DNA of 44,807 nucleotides from a virus (Duplodnaviria; Heunggongvirae; Uroviricota; Caudoviricetes): IMG/VR virus record IMGVR_UViG_2541047834_000005, positions 1 to 44,807 of that record; one strand, 5' to 3'. Shown piece by piece: positions 38,195 to 44,807 of this stretch (position 1 is its first letter; each line of letters starts with the position of its first letter). The notes under the pieces were generated by a model. It saw only the letters and a program-made list of their open reading frames with translations, ran no database searches and was not told where the DNA came from. The position numbers and the translations under genes were made by a program.

Positions 38195-38577
38195 TGGCAC
38201 ATTCGATTACTGTAAGACTAAACAAGCCCGCAAGAGAGTTTCAGGCCGGGGAAAATATCGGATTCAACATCCGTGCTGGCGTTCAGTATTACGATCGCCA
38301 GACAAAAAAGAAAGAATGGACAAACTACAGCGCCGTTGTATTTGCCAAGCCGGGAGCGCAAGCGGATTACTACCGTAGTGTTCTTGTTGAAGGTGGCATT
38401 GTGGAAATTACCGGAGAAAACATCAGGGTTGATGTTTATCAGGGGCAAAATGGTCAATCAATCACTCTTGAATTACTGAATGCAAAGATTGGATTTGCAG
38501 CTTCAGGAAATGGCCCGCAGCAGCAAAGTAGTAACCAGCAGAACACTCCTGTATACGACGATTCCATCCCATTCTGA
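38194..38577 (+). CDS. Single-stranded DNA-binding protein
   Basis: 127 aa from the internal ATG; OB-fold-sized core, Gln/Gly-rich linker and acidic tail ...YDDSIPF typical of SSB. Confidence 0.7.
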   Translation: MAHSITVRLNKPAREFQAGENIGFNIRAGVQYYDRQTKKKEWTNYSAVVFAKPGAQADYYRSVLVEGGIVEITGENIRVDVYQGQNGQSITLELLNAKIGFAASGNGPQQQSSNQQNTPVYDDSIPF

Positions 38578-38600
38578 TTTAGAAAAATAAGGATTTAATT

Positions 38601-38894
38601 ATGCCAGCGCCTCTGTATGGTGCGGATGACCCACGCCGCTGTTCCGGCAATTCCGTATCGGAGGTGCTGGATAAATTCAGGAAAAACTACGACCGGATAA
38701 TGTCGCTACCGCAGGAAACGAAAGAGGAAAAGGAATTTCGCCACTGTATATGGCTTGCAGAGAAAGAAGAACGCGAGCGAATTTACCAGACATCAATCCG
38801 ACCATTCCGCAAAGCCACATATACCCACTTCCCTGAAATTGACCCGCGCCTGCGTAATTACCGATCACGTTATGGCGCTATCAGTAATGACTGA
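38601..38894 (+). CDS. Hypothetical protein
   Basis: 97-aa ORF. Confidence 0.45.
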   Translation: MPAPLYGADDPRRCSGNSVSEVLDKFRKNYDRIMSLPQETKEEKEFRHCIWLAEKEERERIYQTSIRPFRKATYTHFPEIDPRLRNYRSRYGAISND

Positions 38895-38904
38895 GGAATT
38901 TACC

Positions 38905-39072
38905 ATGAGAGGACTTGCATACAATCCCAGCATTCTTCCGGCAGAAATGATTATTCGCCAACGCGTAAAGCCAATGCCATCGAGAGAGGAATTGCTTAAA
39001 AGAAAGAGTTTCGGTTCTGTTAATGACAACAAATATCTGAATGCGATGTTGCGCAAAGGAGGTAACCAGTGA
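38905..39072 (+). CDS. Small hypothetical protein
   Basis: 55 aa with GAGGAA RBS. Confidence 0.3.
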   Translation: MRGLAYNPSILPAEMIIRQRVKPMPSREELLKRKSFGSVNDNKYLNAMLRKGGNQ

Positions 39073-39332
39073 GTAATTCGGCACGACTACAGCTTGGTTT
39101 TTCACCGCTATCAAAAACTATCATGCTGGCAAAAATGCGCGATGTTGAAGGTGGACGTATGCGCGTTGGCAATGATCCAGGTCGTGATGTTACCAATGAG
39201 GCTGCTCAATTGGTGTGGAAACTGGTCATGGCTGAAGGTGGTGAGATAGCGTGGGAGCTGGATGATGGTTCTCGCATGGTGTTGAAGGCAGAAAAGCAGG
39301 AGGCAACCAGTGAGCGGAAAAAGAATGACTAA
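39069..39332 (+). CDS. Hypothetical protein
   Basis: 87 aa, overlaps neighbours. Confidence 0.4.
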   Translation: MSNSARLQLGFSPLSKTIMLAKMRDVEGGRMRVGNDPGRDVTNEAAQLVWKLVMAEGGEIAWELDDGSRMVLKAEKQEATSERKKND

Positions 39333-39534
39333 CAGAGAGCTTGTTGATGCCGCGATTAAGCTTGCTGGTGATTTTTATTCAATGATGGGGTACACGCATC
39401 GCCCAGGCTTCAAATATTGGGAGTCTCCGCACCCGCAAGAGCAACTGGTATTTCAAATGGCCTGCCGTGCTTTTGAGGTTATTCGCGGTTCTGATGTGGT
39501 GGACGCCGTTGCCGACTTGGAGGATGAAGAGTGA
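39310..39534 (+). CDS. Hypothetical protein
   Basis: 74 aa. Confidence 0.4.
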   Translation: MSGKRMTNRELVDAAIKLAGDFYSMMGYTHRPGFKYWESPHPQEQLVFQMACRAFEVIRGSDVVDAVADLEDEE

Positions 39535-40220
39535 GCAAGATTGATTATCAGGCACTGCGTGAGGCGGCAGAGCAGGCAACCAAAGGGAGCTACATCGTAG
39601 GGCATACATCTGTTAACCAGCACGGCAATTTAACAGGAGTTTTTGTTTGTCAAAAATGGAAAGGAGAACCAGGTGGCGTAATTGCGGAATGTCATGTTAA
39701 CTGCCTGGTTGAAACAGATGTTCAGGCTTATGCAAACGCTGAATTTATTGCTGCTTTTAATCCAAATGTTGCGCTGGCACTGCTGGATGAACGGGAAAGA
39801 AACCAGCAATACATAAAACGCCGCGATCAGGAGAACGAGGAAATTGCGCTAACTGTAGGGAAGCTGCGTGTTGAGCTGGAAGCCGCAGAGAAGCGCAACG
39901 CAAAATTACAAAGCGAGAATGCATACATCCGCAACCGGTTCAAAGAGCTGGACCTGTTAATCGGGAAAAACATTCTGGTCATGCAGGCTGCGATTATCGA
40001 ATGGCAGGCAACTGGCGACGCTAAAAGCGGACTGGCATGGATTTATAACACACTGTTTGGCCCAGGCGAATTGCCGGACGAATCTGAGAAAGATGCTCAG
40101 GCCTACTTTAATCGCAAATATGCACCGATTGACGAAAAGCTTATGGAGCTTCACAAGTGGTTTTGGGAACAAAGTGAAGCCGAGCGCGCCGCCGCCAACA
40201 TTGGTGTGAAGGGGAAGTGA
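39531..40220 (+). CDS. Ea22-like protein
   Basis: 229 aa; N-terminus MSKIDYQALREAAEQATKGSY... and central coiled-coil typical of Ea22-like proteins. Confidence 0.65.
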   Translation: MSKIDYQALREAAEQATKGSYIVGHTSVNQHGNLTGVFVCQKWKGEPGGVIAECHVNCLVETDVQAYANAEFIAAFNPNVALALLDERERNQQYIKRRDQENEEIALTVGKLRVELEAAEKRNAKLQSENAYIRNRFKELDLLIGKNILVMQAAIIEWQATGDAKSGLAWIYNTLFGPGELPDESEKDAQAYFNRKYAPIDEKLMELHKWFWEQSEAERAAANIGVKGK

Positions 40221-40221
40221 G

Positions 40222-40413
40222 ATGAACGGACAAATCTCAATTGTTCGACCGGGAGCATGTGACGATTGCGAGATACGAATGATTATTCGTCTGGCGAGGG
40301 GAAAAACAATAACTGCTCTCATTACTCCTGAAAATCTCGCATTAGCATTAACAGGAAAGTCAGACCTGCCAGTAGAGCTAAAGCTGCGAAATATTGAGAT
40401 TAAAGTGAAATAG
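40222..40413 (+). CDS. Hypothetical protein
   Basis: 63 aa. Confidence 0.4.
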   Translation: MNGQISIVRPGACDDCEIRMIIRLARGKTITALITPENLALALTGKSDLPVELKLRNIEIKVK

Positions 40414-40415
40414 TT

Positions 40416-41129
40416 ATGAATACTCTTACCAAAGAATGGTTACAGAACACGATTACCAGCATTGAGTCAGCACGGGATGAAATACCGTTCGGACTCGATG
40501 AAGATCAAAACAACATGCTTACCGCATTAAAAATTGCACTGGCATCACTGGCAGCAGTATCGGATGAACGAGCAGCCTATGAATTATTTATGGAGAAGCG
40601 TTTCGGGGAATCTGTAGATCGCCGTAGGGCAAAAAATGGCGATAGAGAATACATGGCATGGGATATGGCGCTTGGCTGGATTATCTGGTGTCACCGCGCC
40701 GCCATGCTTCAGGGTAGCCAACCTGTAAGCCAAACTTACAACTTGCCAGAATTAATCGAAGGCATGGAAGTTTCCATTGATGTAAGCACTTGTGATGCTG
40801 ATTTAGGTAATCGCTATTTCGGCACCGTCACCGAGGCGTTAGAACTTGATACAGCCAAGAATGGTTACATTCTCCTGGTTCAGGACGCAGAGCCAAACTT
40901 CGATGTAAATGGCAACTATCCGGTAACTCCGGATGGTTGGATAAGCTGTAGTGAGCGAATGCCCGCTCAAGATGATTGGATTTTAATTTATTCAAAGCAC
41001 GGCGAGTATATGGCAGGACAGGTACAAGGGGAATACGTGGAGTTGAGCGACGGCACTTTATCGTGGTTAGGGAACGCCTTGTACTGGATGCCGCTACCAG
41101 AACCGCCGCAGGAGGTTAACCGTGGCTAA
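40416..41129 (+). CDS. Hypothetical protein (DUF551-like C-terminus)
   Basis: 237 aa; C-terminal DDWILIYSKHGEYMAG...YWMPLPEPP. Confidence 0.45.
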   Translation: MNTLTKEWLQNTITSIESARDEIPFGLDEDQNNMLTALKIALASLAAVSDERAAYELFMEKRFGESVDRRRAKNGDREYMAWDMALGWIIWCHRAAMLQGSQPVSQTYNLPELIEGMEVSIDVSTCDADLGNRYFGTVTEALELDTAKNGYILLVQDAEPNFDVNGNYPVTPDGWISCSERMPAQDDWILIYSKHGEYMAGQVQGEYVELSDGTLSWLGNALYWMPLPEPPQEVNRG

Positions 41130-41406
41130 CCTGCAACTTGCCGTCAAAGGTGAATACTTCGATGCCATGATTCGCGGGGAGAAAACGGAAGAGTATCGCC
41201 TGTGTAATGACTACTGGAATAAGCGAATTATGTTCCGGGAGTATGACCGCCTGATTATCACAAAGGGATATCCGAAGCGCGACGATTCCAGCCGCAGAAT
41301 TGACGTCCCGTATGACGGATATGAAATCAAGACAATCACACATCCTCACTTCGGCGATAAACCGGTAAAGGTATTCGCGATAAAGGTGAATATCGGCACT
41401 GAATAA
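41122..41406 (+). CDS. Hypothetical protein (possibly ASCH/PUA-like)
   Basis: 94 aa. Confidence 0.4.
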   Translation: MANLQLAVKGEYFDAMIRGEKTEEYRLCNDYWNKRIMFREYDRLIITKGYPKRDDSSRRIDVPYDGYEIKTITHPHFGDKPVKVFAIKVNIGTE

Positions 41407-41441
41407 CAATCCTCGCACTCGCGGGGATTTCTTTTATCTGA

Positions 41442-41464
41442 ACTCGCTACGGCGAGTTTTGTTT
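41442..41464 (+). terminator. Intra-operon rho-independent terminator in the pL operon
   Basis: ACTCGC-tacg-GCGAGT hairpin followed by TTTGTTTT. Confidence 0.55.
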
Positions 41465-41478
41465 TATGGAGATGATAA

Positions 41479-41646
41479 ATGCACTTCCGAGTCACAGGTA
41501 AATGGAATGGAGAGCCATTTGACAGGGTTATCGAAGCAGAGGACATCAACGACTGCTATAACCACTGGATGATATGGGCGCAGATAGCGCATGCAGACGT
41601 AACCAATATTCGAATTGAAGAACTGAAAGAACACCAAGACGCCTGA
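41479..41646 (+). CDS. Small hypothetical protein (55 aa)
   Basis: ATG ORF whose stop overlaps the next start (ATGA). Confidence 0.3.
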   Translation: MHFRVTGKWNGEPFDRVIEAEDINDCYNHWMIWAQIAHADVTNIRIEELKEHQDA

Positions 41647-42017
41647 TGGCGGTTTTTTATTGGAGACAAGAAATGTCAGATTTGGCTATGAAGGTTTTGA
41701 AATGGCAATCAACTGGCGATGTCGGCATCAGTAGCGCAACTCTTGCCTCAATCGCATGTGGACTGAAAAAGAATATCTATGGTCATCACTTCGGTGCTCC
41801 ACATGACGCAGCCGATTTCCGACGATGCGTTGCACTTGTTGAGCAGATCCCAGAAATCAGAGATTCATTCGACAAGGTTGCAAAGCGCGTTCCGGCATTC
41901 AAAGGCATCCTCAACGAATGGAATTCCCTCGTTGCTCTGTTGAAGTCTGAAATGAAGATACACGGAAACAAAGCACCAGAGACTTACAGAAGAATCAGTG
42001 AGCTACGCAAGGACTAA
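41646..42017 (+). CDS. Hypothetical protein
   Basis: 123 aa upstream of xis. Confidence 0.45.
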   Translation: MAVFYWRQEMSDLAMKVLKWQSTGDVGISSATLASIACGLKKNIYGHHFGAPHDAADFRRCVALVEQIPEIRDSFDKVAKRVPAFKGILNEWNSLVALLKSEMKIHGNKAPETYRRISELRKD

Positions 42018-42122
42018 CCACAGCCTCACACTCGATGAGGCCAGTTCATTTCTCAAGATATCCAGACCTACCATCGCCGCATCAATGCGGCTTTTCTTGC
42101 GTGTAATTGCGGAGACTTTGCG

Positions 42123-42341
42123 ATGTACTTGACACTTCAGGAGTGGAACGCACGCCAGCGGCGCCCAAGAAGCCTTGAAACAGTTCGTCGATGGGTGCGC
42201 GAATGCAGGATATTCCCTCCTCCGGTTAAGGATGGAAGAGAGTATCTGTTCCACGAATCAGCGGTAAAGGTTGACTTAAATCGACCAGTAACAGGTAGCC
42301 TTTTGAAGAGGATCAGAAATGGGAAGAAGGCGAAGTCATGA
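42123..42341 (+). CDS. xis: Excisionase Xis (lambda type)
   Basis: 72 aa, MYLTLQEWNARQRRPRSLETVRRWVRECRIFPPPVKDGREYLFHESAVKVDLNRP..., matches lambda Xis. Confidence 0.9.
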   Translation: MYLTLQEWNARQRRPRSLETVRRWVRECRIFPPPVKDGREYLFHESAVKVDLNRPVTGSLLKRIRNGKKAKS

Positions 42342-43389
42342 GCGCCGGGATTTACCCCCTAACCTTTATATAAGAAACAATGGATATTACTGCTACAGGG
42401 ACCCAAGGACGGGTAAAGAGTTTGGATTAGGCCGAGACAGGAGGATAGCAATCACTGAAGCTATACAGGCCAACATTGAGTTATTTTCAGGACACAAACA
42501 CAAGCCTCTGACAGCGAGAATCAACAGTGATAATTCTGTTACGTTACATTCATGGCTTGATCGCTACGAAAAAATCCTCGCCAACAGAGGAATCAAGCAG
42601 AAGACACTCATAAATTACATGAGCAAAATTAAAGCAATAAGGAGGGGTCTGCCTGATGCTCCACTTGAAAACATCACCACAAAAGAAATTGCGGCAATGC
42701 TCAATGGATACATAGACGAGGGCAAGGCGGCGTCAGCCAAGTTAATCAGATCAACACTAAGCGATGCATTCCGAGAGGCAATAGCTGAAGGCCATATAAC
42801 AACAAACCCGGTCGCTGCCACTCGCGCAGCAAAATCAGAGGTAAGGAGATCAAGACTTACGGCTGACGAATACCTGAAAATTTATCAAGCAGCAGAATCA
42901 TCACCATGTTGGCTCAGACTTGCAATGGAACTGGCTGTTGTTACCGGGCAGCGAGTTGGTGATTTATGCGAAATGAAGTGGTCTGATATCGTAGATGGAT
43001 ATCTTTATGTCGAGCAAAGCAAAACAGGTGTAAAAATTGCCATCCCTACAACATTGCATGTTGATGCTCTCGGGATATCAATGAAGGAAACACTTGATAA
43101 ATGCAAAGAGATTCTTGGCGGAGAAACCATAATTGCATCTACTCGTCGTGAACCGCTTTCATCCGGCACAGTATCAAGGTATTTTATGCGCGCACGAAAA
43201 GCATCAGGTCTTTCCTTCGAAGGGGATCCGCCTACATTTCACGAGTTGCGCAGTTTGTCTGCAAGACTCTATGAGAAGCAGATAAGCGATAAGTTTGCTC
43301 AACATCTTCTCGGGCATAAGTCGGACACCATGGCATCACAGTATCGTGATGACAGAGGCAGGGAGTGGGACAAAATTGAAATCAAATAA
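42319..43389 (+). CDS. int: Integrase Int (lambda type tyrosine recombinase)
   Basis: 356 aa matching lambda Int; overlaps xis; adjacent to att core. Confidence 0.95.
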   Translation: MGRRRSHERRDLPPNLYIRNNGYYCYRDPRTGKEFGLGRDRRIAITEAIQANIELFSGHKHKPLTARINSDNSVTLHSWLDRYEKILANRGIKQKTLINYMSKIKAIRRGLPDAPLENITTKEIAAMLNGYIDEGKAASAKLIRSTLSDAFREAIAEGHITTNPVAATRAAKSEVRRSRLTADEYLKIYQAAESSPCWLRLAMELAVVTGQRVGDLCEMKWSDIVDGYLYVEQSKTGVKIAIPTTLHVDALGISMKETLDKCKEILGGETIIASTRREPLSSGTVSRYFMRARKASGLSFEGDPPTFHELRSLSARLYEKQISDKFAQHLLGHKSDTMASQYRDDRGREWDKIEIK

Positions 43390-43462
43390 TGATTTTATTT
43401 TGACTGATAGTGACCTGTTCGTTGCAACAAATTGATAAGCAATGCTTTTTTATAATGCCAAC
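43390..43462. other. Lambda-type attP P'-arm (Int arm-type sites) between int and the core
   Basis: Reverse complement reads ...CATTATAAAAAAGCATTGCTTATCAATTTGTTGCAACGAACAGGTCACTATCAGTCAAAATAAAATCATTATTTG, recognised as lambda P' arm. Confidence 0.7.
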
Positions 43463-43477
43463 TTAGTATAAAAAAGC
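43463..43477. repeat. att core, ttagtataaaaaagc, junction with host B flank
   Basis: Exact 15-mer identical to 568-582. Confidence 0.9.
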
Positions 43478-43523
43478 AGGCTTCAACGGATTCATTTTTC
43501 TATTTCATAGCCCGGAGCAACCT

Positions 43524-44807
43524 GTGAACACATTTTCAGTTTCCCGTCTGGCGCTGGCATTGGCTTTTGGCGTGACGCTGACCGCCTGTAGCTCAACACC
43601 GCCCGATCAACGTCCTTCTGATCAAACCGCGCCTGGTACCTCTTCTCGCCCGATTCTGTCGGCAAAAGAAGCGCAGAATTTCGATGCTCAACACTATTTT
43701 GCATCCCTGACACCAGGTGCGGCAGCGTGGAATCCTTCCCCGATTACCCTGCCTGCGCAACCTGACTTTGTTGTCGGCCCGGCGGGTACTCAAGGTGTAA
43801 CGCATACCACGATTCAGGCGGCGGTAGATGCGGCAATTATCAAGCGCACCAACAAGCGCCAGTATATTGCCGTGATGCCTGGTGAGTATCAGGGAACGGT
43901 GTATGTCCCTGCCGCTCCGGGTGGAATTACTCTGTACGGTACAGGTGAAAAACCGATTGATGTGAAGATTGGGCTTTCCCTTGATGGGGGCATGAGCCCT
44001 GCCGACTGGCGTCACGACGTCAACCCGCGCGGCAAATATATGCCAGGTAAACCAGCGTGGTATATGTACGATAGCTGCCAGAGCAAACGCAGCGACAGTA
44101 TCGGTGTTCTCTGCTCTGCGGTCTTCTGGTCACAAAACAATGGCCTGCAACTGCAAAATCTGACCATCGAAAACACGCTGGGCGATAGCGTAGATGCGGG
44201 TAACCATCCGGCGGTGGCACTGCGTACTGATGGTGACAAAGTGCAGATCAATAACGTCAACATTCTCGGTCGTCAGAATACCTTCTTTGTCACCAACAGT
44301 GGTGTGCAAAACCGTCTGGAAACCAACCGTCAGCCGCGTACTCTGGTGACCAACAGTTACATTGAAGGGGATGTGGATATCGTTTCTGGTCGCGGCGCAG
44401 TGGTGTTCGATAACACCGAATTCCGCGTGGTGAACTCACGTACTCAGCAAGAAGCGTATGTGTTTGCACCGGCTACGCTGTCTAACATCTATTACGGTTT
44501 CCTCGCCGTAAACAGCCGTTTCAATGCTTCCGGTGATGGCGTGGCGCAACTGGGTCGCTCGCTGGATGTTGATGCCAATACCAACGGTCAGGTGGTGATC
44601 CGTGATAGCGCCATCAACGAAGGTTTTAACACAGCCAAACCCTGGGCTGATGCGGTGATCTCTAATCGTCCGTTTGCGGGTAACACCGGCAGCGTTGATG
44701 ATAACGACGAAATACAACGCAATCTGAATGACACTAACTACAACCGCATGTGGGAATACAATAACCGCGGCGTGGGTAGCAAAGTGGTTGCAGAGGCGAA
44801 GAAGTAA
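43524..44807 (+). CDS. ybhC: YbhC outer-membrane lipoprotein (pectinesterase-like; host gene flanking attB-lambda)
   Basis: 427 aa with signal peptide and lipobox (LTAC); recognised as YbhC. Confidence 0.85.
   Translation: MNTFSVSRLALALAFGVTLTACSSTPPDQRPSDQTAPGTSSRPILSAKEAQNFDAQHYFASLTPGAAAWNPSPITLPAQPDFVVGPAGTQGVTHTTIQAAVDAAIIKRTNKRQYIAVMPGEYQGTVYVPAAPGGITLYGTGEKPIDVKIGLSLDGGMSPADWRHDVNPRGKYMPGKPAWYMYDSCQSKRSDSIGVLCSAVFWSQNNGLQLQNLTIENTLGDSVDAGNHPAVALRTDGDKVQINNVNILGRQNTFFVTNSGVQNRLETNRQPRTLVTNSYIEGDVDIVSGRGAVVFDNTEFRVVNSRTQQEAYVFAPATLSNIYYGFLAVNSRFNASGDGVAQLGRSLDVDANTNGQVVIRDSAINEGFNTAKPWADAVISNRPFAGNTGSVDDNDEIQRNLNDTNYNRMWEYNNRGVGSKVVAEAKK

Larger units (their letters stand above)
568..43477. 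mobile_element. Lambdoid prophage integrated at attB-lambda, bounded by identical 15-bp att cores
   Basis: Identical 15-bp core repeats at both ends; lambda int/xis at one end; full phage gene complement between; host ybhB and ybhC outside. Confidence 0.9.

Noticed and set aside
1-44807. CRISPR arrays, transposases or insertion sequences
   Set aside because: No regularly spaced direct repeats and no transposase-like ORFs were seen; the only mobile-element signatures are the prophage itself and the HNH genes.

Overview
The window is an essentially complete, mosaic lambdoid prophage of about 42.9 kb inserted at the E. coli lambda attachment site, flanked by host ybhB (1-477) and ybhC (43524-44807). 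Perfect 15-bp lambda att cores (GCTTTTTTATACTAA, seen as reverse complement) lie at 568-582 and 43463-43477. The prophage is inverted relative to the standard lambda map. Left to right: a gtrA-gtrB-gtr(type-specific) O-antigen glucosylation cassette; tail fibre and assembly genes with an inverted tfa remnant; a Mu-like contractile tail module; HK97-like head genes and terminase with an HNH; an AT-rich two-gene insert on the opposite strand; a lambda-like lysis cassette; Q; a nin region containing an inserted HNH homing-endonuclease-like gene and a Dam-like methyltransferase broken by an 11-bp tandem duplication; a replication module (primase-helicase, O-like initiator with iterons); an immunity region (cII, nutR, cro, operators, cI, a small membrane protein in the rexAB position, oL/pL, nutL, N); and an early-left operon ending in xis and int. 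The most interesting candidate for an undescribed system is the self-contained AT-rich cassette at 23152-24431 (unknown protein with an R-x4-H motif plus a ClpP-like serine protease). The cI-coupled membrane protein at 33871-34260 is a second candidate. All product calls come from reading the translated ORFs against remembered protein families; no database search was run.
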